From: Eledone cirrhosa
Lineage: Eukaryota
Length of the DNA stretch: 64,000 nucleotides
NCBI GenBank assembly: GCA_964016885.1
Contig: OZ024743.1
Span: forward strand, 160,642,001-160,706,000
Direction: 5' to 3'
In this document: one piece after another, positions 1 to 11,216 of the stretch
Numbering within the stretch: the stretch's first letter is position 1
Layout of the letters: each line of letters opens with the position of its first letter
Translations under genes and position numbers: made by a program
Notes under the pieces: generated by a model
Database searches by the model: none
What the model was told of the DNA's origin: nothing
What the model saw: the letters and a program-made list of their open reading frames with translations, nothing else

Positions 1-17
1 TCTTTATTTATTATTAT

Positions 18-1085
18 GCGGTGAATTGGCAGTATCGGTAGAGGGTTGGACGCCATGCTTTCTAGCATAGTTACGTCCCTTTACAGTCTGAGTTCAAATC
101 CCGCCGAGGTTAACTTTGCCTTTCATCCTTACGGGGTCGATAACATAAAGTACCAGTAATGTACTGGTGAATTGCTGGCCTTGTGCCAAAAGTACAAACA
201 ATTATTATTAGTTTCTTCTAGGGTGGTGGATTGGCAGTATCGGTAGAGGGTCGGACGCCATGCTTTGCAGCAAAGAGTTACGGCCCTTTACGATCTGAGT
301 TCAAATCCCACCGAGGTTCACATAGCCTTTCATCCTCACAAGGTCGATAAAATAAAGTACCAGTCATGCACTGGGGTCGATTTAATCGACTTTCCCCTCC
401 CCCCAAAATTGGCTGGCCTTCTGCCTATATAAGAAACAATTATTAGTTTCTTCAAGGGCGATGGATTGGCAGTATCGGTAGAGGGTCGGACGCCATGCTT
501 TGACGCGTGGAGTTACGGCCCTTGCCATTCTGAGTTCAAATCCCGCCGAGGTCAACTTTGCCTTTCATCCTTACGGGGGTCGATAAAATAAAGCACCAGT
601 AATACACTAGGTAATTGCTGGCCTTGTGCCAAAAGTAGAAACAATTATTAGTTTATTCGAGGGTAGTGGATTGGCAGTAGGCAGTATCGATAGAGAGTTG
701 GACACCATGCTTTGCAGCATAGAGTTAGGGCGCTTTATGAGAGTTAGGCCATTCTGAGTTCAAATCCTGCCGAGGTTAACTTTGCCTTATGGGGTTGATA
801 AAATAAAAAAAACTGGGATCGATTTAATCGACTTTCTCCTCCCCACAAATTACTGGCCTTGTGCCAATACTAGAAATCATTATTTTCTTATTATTACGGT
901 GAAGTGGCAGTATCGGTAGAGGGTTGGATGCCATGCTTTCTAGCATAGTTACGTCCCTTTACAGTCTGAGTTCAAATCCCGCCGAGGTTAACTTTGCCTT
1001 TCATCCTTACGGGGTCGATAAAATAAAGTACCAGTAATGTACTGGGTATTTGCTGTGGCCTTGTGCCTAAAGTAGAAACAATTAT
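18..1085 (+). mobile_element. Head-to-tail array of five tRNA-derived SINE copies (~190-225 bp each)
   Basis: Repeated unit with A box TGGCAGTATCGG, B box GAGTTCAAATCC, central GCCTTTCATCCTTACGGGGTCGATAAAATAAAGTACCAG and (ATT)n tail. Starts at ~18, 222, 458, 661, 897. Confidence 0.9.
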
Positions 1086-1099
1086 TTTCTTATTATTAC

Positions 1100-1290
1100 A
1101 TCTCCGTCGGCGAAGCCCTGATTAACTATTTCAGGTTTCAGAGGAAAGTCAGAGTGGAGAGGGAAGTGCTGCATTCCAAGCAGTTTGTTGAAAGGTGGGT
1201 GAGAGAGGTGAGCATTGCCCAAATCAATGGGCTTGCTCTGAGTAAGCGTCAGCAGATTGGTGGCGGAAAATTGGGAGAGGGTACTTGCAC
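1100..1290 (+). mobile_element. 3' fragment of Tx1/L1-clade LINE
   Basis: Matches the ORF2 end at 38870-39060 (ERWVRE motif). Confidence 0.75.
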
Positions 1291-1316
1291 ACACACGCAC
1301 ACACACACACACACTG

Positions 1317-1367
<51 letters not shown>

Positions 1368-1970
1368 TATCTAAAGTAGCACACAGAAGTTGTAATTGTT
1401 CTGCGGTAACACAAGTCGAATTATCTCAGGCAGTCCTTATACATTCATTGATGCGAGAAATATGTTCTTCACACCAGAGTAAACTCCTTACGATATTAGA
1501 GGGAATCATGACGAATGATGTTTGACAGTATGTATGCTACATAGAGTAGATAACAACAATGACAACGAATATCAAAAGGAAACGATGTACATGTAAGTGT
1601 GTGCGCGTATGTATGCGTGCATATATATTGAGTCTGCATATGGCGCTATAGGAGGTTTTTATACTATATCTATAATGAAGTTCACATATTGACTCAATTT
1701 TAATGTATGTATCTGCTACCGTAAACATTTATTGATATTGGTGCAATATATAGGATAGACAATCATGTAAGCTACTGGTTCATTGCAATCATAAACTCGT
1801 ATGAAATCCTCTCAGATTAGTGTTTTGTTATTTATCTATTGTGCCATTGATCATTTTTACACGCGCACATACTTACATACATATATAAACACGTATACAC
1901 ATGCACACATACATATATAAACACGTATATACATGCACACATACATACTTACGTACGTACGTACGTACAC

Positions 1971-3475
1971 GATTGCGGCAAACTCGTGTTTGAGTATTGC
2001 CATCACCTGATAAAAGGCTAAAAAATGTGAGGCACGAATGTGTATCTTGAAACCAGCCAAAGACTTGCACTGCACTCTCTGGCACATACATGGCAACTGT
2101 AGACTCCTCTAGGACTTTCCACTGCTTGGTTCTGACTGTGTGTTCTCATATGTCATTTAAGACCTCCGATGCTTGCACATTTCTTGCCACATTCCTTACA
2201 ACTTTTCAAATCATACTGTTCATAGTCTACATTAGGTCTAGTGATATGACTTCGTTCATATCTAATCAAACCAGCTTTGCACAGGCAGACACGACCACAG
2301 TGTTGGCAAACCAGATGTTGCTCAACAGCAGGTATTTTCAGTGTTTGGTGTTCGCTTCGACGAGATTCAAAGTGATCACTTCCTGACTTTATGAAACGTC
2401 TCCACTTCACACGCTCCTCAGCTATTTTCTCTCATTTGTCAGATGAAGTTCTAACACAAGCCAAGGTGCCCCTGAATATACCTGGTACCGTATTTTTGGT
2501 TTGTGTGGTGGTCGCCTTCCTTCCCACAGTCGCCATATAGAAGTTGCTTTGAAATACGATCATCAGACATCCCCACCACGTGACCGCACCACGTCAACCG
2601 ATGCCGACAGATCATGCTCTCTATACTCACGCACCTGCTCTGTTCGAGAATTTCCACATCACTGACGAACATTTTCCATCGCACCCCAAGTATCTTACGA
2701 AGAGATTGTTGGTGAAACCTCACCAGTTCTTTGAGGTGCTTTCTGTATATGACCCACGTTTCACAAGCATAAAGCAAAAAGAAAAGGACACAAGTCAGAT
2801 ACACGTTTACCTTGGTTTCAATGGTGATACCTCTTCTGGACCACAAACGTTCATTCAGCCGTCCAAAAGCATCACTGGCTTTCTTGATTCTGAAGAATAT
2901 CTCTCCATCAAGTGTGCAAGAATTGCTAAAAGTACTACGAAGGTAAACACATTTATCAACAACTCTTAGCATCTTTCTGTACACTTGGTATAGTGTATTC
3001 TTTCCCAGGTGCGGGTTGGTACATCAGAACAGTCTTTTCCAAACTTAACATGCTGCATGTCACTTTGTGAGAGTGCAGAAACATCGCAGTTATCTGCATA
3101 CAAAAACTCACGGCTTATAGATGTTAAAACCTTCTTCCTGGCACCAAAGCGCCTGATGTGGCATAACCTTCTTGAAGTGTTACATCTAATGTAAATTCCA
3201 TGCGAACAGGTTTTTTTGAATGCCATGAGAAACACTACCTATCGTAAAATATAAGGAAAACAATGATGGAGCCGGAATGTTCCCCTGCTTTAAGCTATTT
3301 TCAACTGATATTGGTTCAGAGATGTCCAAGTATTCATGCCATCGGGAAAAATACGTAGAATGCTCACAAACTTTGGAGGGCAGTCAAGTTTGTCAAATAT
3401 TTCCGACAATGCAGTTCGATTGACGGTGTCAAAAGCCTTTGTTAAGTCAAAACAGACATGGTAAAGGTCCATATA
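1971..3475 (-). mobile_element. Degenerate RTE-clade LINE (RT C-terminal part plus C2H2 fingers) with (TATG/TACG)n tail
   Basis: Fragments FDLTKAFDTVNR, LYADNC, LLYACETW, CQHCGRVC..H, CKECGKKC; frameshifts and stops. Confidence 0.85.
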
Positions 3476-3484
3476 TTTTTAGAT

Positions 3485-3725
3485 GCATACATACATACAT
3501 ATATACATATATACATATATACATATATAAATATATACATATTTACACACATACATACATGCACACATACATACATACATGCATACATGCATACATAAAT
3601 ACATACATGCCTACATACATACATACATACATACATACATACATACATACATACATACATACATACATACATACATACATGATGGCTGCCCCCTCGTTAT
3701 CGAGTATGGCCATTGCACGAGGAGA
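3485..3725 (-). mobile_element. Extreme 3' end of a related RTE plus (TATG)n tail
   Basis: 3680-3715 resembles 1971-2005 (MAILDNEGAAI vs MAILKHEFAAI) and abuts a (TACA)n run. Confidence 0.55.
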
Positions 3726-3824
3726 AAGAACAAAAAATAAAAGAAAATAATAATAATAATAAATAAATAAAAAGAAAATAAAAATAAAAAAAAAGAAATA
3801 TATATATATATATACACACACATA

Positions 3825-3855
<31 letters not shown>

Positions 3856-3904
3856 TCACACACACATATACACACACACATACATTAATAACAATAATAA
3901 TAAT

Positions 3905-4120
3905 ATAATACAGATACAAAGCATATACACATGCACACATACAACTCAAAACATACACATCCACACATACAATAACACCTACACATGCATGCATACAGAC
4001 ATACGTACATATCTACCTAGTTGATGTTGTGTAAATTCCAATGAGAGTCTTGTGTCTATGTTAGAAACCGACTCTCTCTCTATTGGTAAAACTTTGTGAA
4101 ATTATAAAACCAGAAGAACA
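3905..4120 (+). mobile_element. Solo 3' UTR of an R4/Dong-type LINE ending in (TACA)n
   Basis: Direct repeat of ~7160-7395, including the GAGAGTC...GACTCTC hairpin. Confidence 0.75.
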
Positions 4121-4148
4121 TACATACATACATACATACATACATACA

Positions 4149-4182
<34 letters not shown>

Positions 4183-4209
4183 CATATATACATACATACA
4201 TACATACAT

Positions 4210-7200
4210 AAAGCTATACTGGGACGAAATGCATCCAGAGCTAAATAACTTCACAGCCAAACGATTACGCCAACAAGCGGCGTTTGTTCAACGTAAAAAT
4301 AAGATAAATATTATTAATTTTAAGTCCCCCAGAACAAACATGAAATCAACACGACGCGCTACAGGTCGCCATGCTACTAGATTTTCTAACAGTCAGGTCA
4401 AACAGTCCTTTGAAACAAATATGCCGGGAAGAAATTTGACACGACTTGTTCCATTTGAGTCTACCTCGACTGTTGTAGAAAACACTATCGATAATAATAA
4501 TCAAAAGTATAAACAATTGAAATTTCCCCCCAACGAAATCTTCCAGAGAGAAAATTAATTCATGTATAAACATTTCTCTTACTGAACGTAATAAAACAAC
4601 AATACTAAATAAAATAAAACCAAATAATGAAATCTTACGTGGTATTGACGAAATAGGGGATGAATATTTACGAAGGATTAACCCCAACATTTTAGCAAAT
4701 TAACGCCATTTTATATTCTCTAACAACGACATTGAAGAATTATCTTGGTGATAGGAGAGATATTAACAACAACAACAAAAAACAGCAAAAATGCCATCTA
4801 AAACTAAAATAGAAAAAGAGATTGCTGACCTACGAAAAACTAGACATGTGACAATGATCCTTACATGCAAAATAAAGCAAAAAAACTTCACACCTCACCA
4901 ACAAAGAGTGAAAAATAAAATAGTAACGATGTTTGGTGACAGTACAACCAGAACTCTTCAATATAAGCTGATCACCCTCAAACAAGAATTGAGAGCTGTC
5001 AGCGAGAAATGTCGATACATGAAGAGGGTACATGAAAGAAAAGTACTTAATAAAAAAATTCAGATGAAACCAAACATCAGGCTATAGACATATGAATGGC
5101 AAAATAATAAATGTCACTGAAGACCCATCCCAAAAAGAAATAGATTCCTTCTGGAGAAAAATATGGGATGAAAAGAAGAATTCCAACCAAAATGCAGTGT
5201 GGTTAAAAGAAATCCAAAAGAACTATTGCTCCTACACTACAACAAAAACATACGAAATAAGTGAGGGTACCCTTGAGACTAATAGGAAAACACCAGGAAG
5301 AGACATGATTGTCAGCTACTGGTACAAAATAACTGATATTCTACTGGATGTATCTTATCGACCTCTACCAACAAGTTATCAAGAGACATAAACATATACC
5401 AGAATTGTTGACATTAGCACACACAATATTGGTCCCCAAGAGCAAAGACAACCACTTAGCAAAAATCTATCGACCCATTACATGCCAGAAACTATTTCTC
5501 CAAGATCACTGCGACAGTAATAACATCATCACAGATGAGAAAGCAACTGGAAAGAAAGGTGTTTGGAGGTGTGCTGAATAACTCCCAATTGTCAGAGGTG
5601 CGAAAATGTATGAGGATTATGGTTACACTCTGGCTGGACTACAGGAAAGCATTTCATTCTGTTCTCCACACTTGGATGGTAGAGGCCCTCCGACCTGCTA
5701 AAGTCCCAGACACTATCATCATAGCCATGGAGAACCTATCTTCTTCTTGAGCTATTCTCTTAAAGTTAAATATAAAGTTAGATATATTTAAAGGAAAAAG
5801 TCTCTCTGTGCGACTATTTATTCTGTCATTAAACCCCTTGTCGTTTCTGCTCAGGAAATGTGAAGGATACATAATTGGCACACAGGAAGACAGAAATACA
5901 AACCTAACCGATAATTTATTTGTGGGTGTCCCGAAACTCTATGCCAAGAACATAAATGGGATGAAAAAAAATCTCCACCAAGTTACGACATCGTCAAAGA
6001 ATATAGGAATGGAGTTTGGCCATTAAAAGTGTTCATATATGGTTGTAAAACGGGGAAAATCTACAGGCCAATCCAGCAAAATTGTTATCAATGACCTGAC
6101 TATTTCACCAATATCTGACGACGACTGTTACATATACCTAGAGATAGATGAGAATATATCCTATGATGGTATCTGTAACAAGGAACGCATAGCAAGAGAT
6201 TAAGAAAAATATGGTCTTCTGAAATCTCTTCGCGTAATAAAACTGTGGTTCTCAATGTGTTTGCTGTGCCAGTCCTAACACTAACGTTTGGAATACTCAA
6301 CTGGATGATAGACAAAATCTGAGCAATTGTTGTTACAACCCGAAAAAGTCCTAAACACCGGAAACCTCTACATTAACAGTGACATAGACTGTCTCTACTT
6401 GAAACGTAAATAATGAAGCAGAGGGCTAACATCAGTCCAGACAGCATTTGTGCGTCGCATCGTATCCCACCGACAGCTACGAACCTCCAAGCATAGGAGC
6501 TCCTTCTATTGATCAAGTCTCTCTGCATGAGACATATGAGATCATGATGGTTGGGAAAGATACTCCTTGCATAATAATCAAAAACTCACACCCAGGGAAA
6601 TTGCCCAGCAGTATCGCAGTGAATCCATGTATTAAAAACTGCATGATTATCAGCATGATATATTGGTCAAAACACTACGCAATGCATTCCGTAGAAGCGA
6701 TAGCCCCAATGATGAACATATTAAATGTTACAGCAATGTGGAAGATATATACATATATAATATGAAAGAACATTAGTGGAATGTTCCAGTAAAAACCCCA
6801 ATAAAATGCAGGCATAACAGACCAGATATAATAATATGACACAAGGAAAAGAAGGCATGTACAATAGTAGAAATCAGCTGCCCAGTAGATGCCAATATGA
6901 TATTAAATATTAGCGAAAAGGAGAATATTTATGCAGAACTAATGAGGAATCTGCAGATACTCCACCCCGACTATACCTTCAGATTTATACCTGTGCTTAT
7001 TGGGGCACTGGGATATGTTAGTAACTGCCTCAGTACAAATCTGAAGAAGCTAGGCTTCCCAGAACCAGAAAGAACACAACTAGTTAGGAAATTACAAGTA
7101 CAATCCATTAATGGGACAGTAAAAATATGTAAAACATTTCAAAAATTCTACACGTAATAACAGCATGCACACATGCACAGATATAAAGCATATATACATG

Positions 7201-7395
7201 CACACATATAACTCAATACATCCACATCCACACATCCAATAACATCCATACATGTACACACACTCATGCATGCAAACATGCATACATATCTACCTAGTTG
7301 ATATCGAAATCCAACTGAAAGAGTCCTGTGTCTATCTTAGAAACCGACTCTTTCTCTTTTGGTAAACATTTATGAAATTATAAAACCAGAAAAAT
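4210..7395 (+). mobile_element. Degenerate R4/Dong-like LINE (RT + restriction-like endonuclease)
   Basis: YRPITC, WLDYRKAF, HNRPDIII and IVEISCPVD motifs; many frameshifts; flanked by (TACA)n. Confidence 0.8.
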
Positions 7396-7692
7396 ACACA
7401 TAGATACAGCATACATACATACACACGCGCGCACGGGCACACACACACACACTCACACACACGCACACGCGCACATACACACAAACACACACACACATAC
7501 ATACAGACACACTAACAAAAAATATAATGGGGATTTAGATCGATACATTGCTAAAAGCATACAGGTTATTGCAATCATTCAGACTTTACTTCCTGCAGAA
7601 CTGCTCAATTCTTTCGTGGGAAGAAACTCGTTACAGAGCAAACTCGGTGAGAAGTATTTAGAGCAAAACAATACCCGGATAGACCATATTAG

Positions 7693-7914
7693 GCTGATAA
7701 CAACGAAAGAAATATAAGAAATTTAGCAATTAAACAAAGAAAAATGTTTTAAAATATACATTGTGTATATATATATATATATACACACACATACATACAT
7801 ACACGCATTTTCGCTGGTCGAAACCATTTTGGTCCAGGTACTGAAATGTATATTTTAAAACATTTTTCTTTGTTTAATTGCTAAATTTCTTATATTTCTT
7901 TGGTTGTTATCAGC
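7693..7914. repeat. 70-bp inverted repeat (7693-7762 / 7845-7914)
   Basis: Near-perfect reverse complement read directly. Confidence 0.9.
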
Positions 7915-8086
7915 TTATTTCAATGGGAATTTATAAAATGACCGTTATTTACTCAGCGAAATATCTAAAACAGTATAGCCCCTTCAACTTTTTTAAATAT
8001 CTATTGCATAAAATGACAGTTAAAGTGATTCGAAAACACAAATATGTATATAATGAACGATTGGAAGAAATCAAACATTATAATAT

Positions 8087-8226
<140 letters not shown>

Positions 8227-8303
8227 AATGTCACATACACACACATACAGACACACTGACACACTGACACGCACATACATCTCATGCACTCACACACACA
8301 TAG

Positions 8304-8338
<35 letters not shown>

Positions 8339-8481
8339 TACATATATATAGATATGTAGGAGGTGAGTTTTATTGTAGTACAATAAAGCAATGCAGATAT
8401 CGGATAAGAAGCACTCTACAATTTGTAGGACTGGAGTATACATAATATATAAGAACAAAAGATGGTTAAAGGAGTTCCATA

Positions 8482-8722
8482 TATTTTATTATGCGCATTT
8501 CAAAAACAAACATCATCATACAATAATATTTGTAGAGGGTCGGACGCCATGCTTTCCAGCATAGTTACGTCCCTTTACAATCTGAGTTCAAATCCCGCCG
8601 AGGTTGACTTTGCCTTTCATCCTTACGGGGTCGATAAAATAAAGTACCAGTAATGAACTGGGTAATTGCTGGCCTTGTGCCTAAAGTAGAAACAAATATT
8701 TGTGTTTTCATCAGATAAAACA
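8482..8722 (-). ncRNA. Hammerhead ribozyme copy disrupted by a SINE in stem II
   Basis: Reverse complement of 8733-8803 once 8534-8694 is removed. Confidence 0.7.
8534..8694 (+). mobile_element. 5'-truncated SINE with 9-bp TSD
   Basis: TSD AATATTTGT at 8525-8533 and 8695-8703. Confidence 0.85.
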
Positions 8723-8732
8723 GGAGTCCTCC

Positions 8733-8803
8733 TGTTTTATCTGATGAAAACACAAATATTATTGCATGATGATGTTTGTTTTTGAAATGCGCATAATAAA
8801 ATA
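8733..8803 (+). ncRNA. Minimal type-I hammerhead ribozyme
   Basis: TGTTTTAT-CTGATGA-long stem II-GAAA-TGCGCA(palindrome)-TA|ATAAAATA. Confidence 0.75.
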
Positions 8804-9627
8804 CATAGAACTCCTTTAACCATCTTTTGTTCTTATATACATATATATATGTATATATGTGTGTGTGTGAGTGCATGAGATGTATGTGCGTGTCAGTGTG
8901 TCTGTATGTGTGTGTGTGTGTGTATATACATACTATAATGTTTGATTTCATCCAATTGTTCATTATATATATATTAGTGTTTTCGATTCACTTTAACTGT
9001 CATTTTATGCAATAGATATTTAAAAAAGGTGAAGTGGCTATTCTGTTTGAGAGGTTTTCCTATATTTCGCTGAGTAAATAACGGTCATTTTATAATTTCC
9101 CATTGAAATAAGTCTATTTGTGATATTTAAACTAATGCTGCTAAATAATTGCTTCTTTCTATTAAAATGTTGAGGGATTGGTATCGAGGCCATTAGAGTT
9201 TTCGTTCTCTTGCAATTTCCATTATATATAACTACCGTGGCCACTCCTATACTCAGAACAGGAAAGAAAGAGTCAGAGAGAGACAAAGAGAGGTATAAAG
9301 TAATAATATTGATTTCTAGCATAAGAGCAAGGTCACACATTTCCTTTTGATATACGCATGTACATATATATATATATAAATCAGGATGGCCTCAATTTAA
9401 AACTGGTTAGACCATTAACGATAAGGGCTCAGCTGTCGGGGTACCGACTCTTTATAACTTATATATATGTAAGAAAAACCACAAACCCTCCACTTCAATT
9501 CTACTTTTCAAAAGCAGAACTGCGAAACCGGTAAAGGAACCAAATAAATATATATTTAAAAAAAAAAGACTCCAGTTGCATTTTCGATTTCATCTCTTTT
9601 CCTTATTCATATATATATATATATATA

Positions 9628-9947
9628 TCATTATCTATAAAAGGCAGATTTGTGTGTCTGTATGTATGTTTCAATGTTATACATTTGCACAATTTCAAAC
9701 CGATTCGACTGAATGTCTGTAAGAATGTTGTAAATGGTCTAACTTAGGTCAACGACTATTTATTTATTTCAAACTCAACCACAATTATGGAATTAATCGA
9801 TAAAACTAAATACATCACGCTTTACCCCCTCTAATAGAATCTGCTTACCTCTCTCTACTTCCCTTAAAATTCGATAAAACTACATACATGCTGCAACTTT
9901 CTCTTATATACGCTTAAACTTACAAACTTCCTTTAGGAACGCCGAAG

Positions 9948-10022
<75 letters not shown>

Positions 10023-10612
10023 TTTGTTTTTGAGTGTGGAACGGTCAAACATTTATTTACTTCAATGACAACAAAGATTATTACATTTCTTACGAAACAA
10101 CAATTATTCAAAAGCAACAGATAAATTTATTCAACAACAAAAAAACAGCGATAAATATTTTTTAAAACATCTCTCAACGAACGTGGAAGAAAGAAGTATC
10201 AATTTATTTACTATACACAATAATATACTCTATGGGTTCACTAAACCTGCTAGAAACAGCCGCTAACTCTCCCCCATATCTCACCCCTCCCTACTGTTTT
10301 AAATTTAGAAAACACACATTAGACAACCATGCAGAACAACTCCATCGCAGCTCTGTTGTTCGGCTGGCATCGTCTACGCGCGTGTTGCGCAAGTACTGTG
10401 AAACAATAAATTTCAACACTTCTTTGCACAGAGATAATATCCATAGGCGAAACTACAACTGTAACTGCTGGCGCAGCTCCTACTTCGGCAGTCCAGGTCT
10501 GCAATTCATTCACCCAGTGTCTGGCAGACACAAAAGTGCTGCCATAAAATGGGTGGTGCAACCTAACTTTGGTAACTTACTGACCCCGAGCAACGCCGGG
10601 CTTTAATGCTAG
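9628..10612 (+). mobile_element. Non-autonomous Helitron (~985 bp)
   Basis: A|TC start, subterminal hairpin CCCG-AGCAACGC-CGGG at ~10585-10600, CTAG|T end, no TSD, inserted in (TA)n. Confidence 0.75.
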
Positions 10613-10898
10613 TATATATATATATATATATATATATATAGCGGCGATGAATTAGTTTTGCGAGGTTTTTTATATGAAATCGTGTGTCGAAACAGATATT
10701 GTTATATTTGGGGAGGGTCATATTTGCGTAATATTGCCAGAATTAATAACAGAACACACTCACTGTTTGGTTGGTTTTCGCTTCTCGCTGTCTTTTATAT
10801 ATATATATCTGCGATCTAACTTACTCGGTCCTCAATGTTGCCATTGACTGACCGGCGGTCAAAAATAATACAGATACAATATAGACAAACACATATAT

Positions 10899-10957
10899 AT
10901 ATAGTTTACATAAATCTTTCGTTGCACATCTGCAACATCGTCAGTGGTGTTATATTC
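10899..10957 (-). ncRNA. Hammerhead ribozyme motif in PLE pseudo-LTR
   Basis: CTGACGA-T-GTTGCA-GATG-TGCAAC-GAAA-GATT-TA; stem I is weak and interrupted. Confidence 0.65.
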
Positions 10958-11216
10958 ATTGTTCCTCCTGTTGTGTTGTATGTCTACGCCATTTTTTTTG
11001 TTCAGTCTGTCTATATATTTATTTATTTATTTGCTTGTTTGTTTATCTTATTTTATTTTGTCTTCTTTGCGCATGCGTTTGCGTGTGTGTATAGTGTTAT
11101 GTGTGATGTGTGACTAGTGTGTATAGTGTTGTGTCTGCTGGGTGACTAGTGTGTGTTTATGTGCTTGTGTATGTATTTATTTATCTTATTTTATTTAATT
11201 TAATTTACTTATTTAT

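Noticed and set aside
18-1085. CRISPR-like or tRNA gene array
   Set aside because: Units are ~200 bp without unique spacers or a cloverleaf; eukaryotic SINEs.
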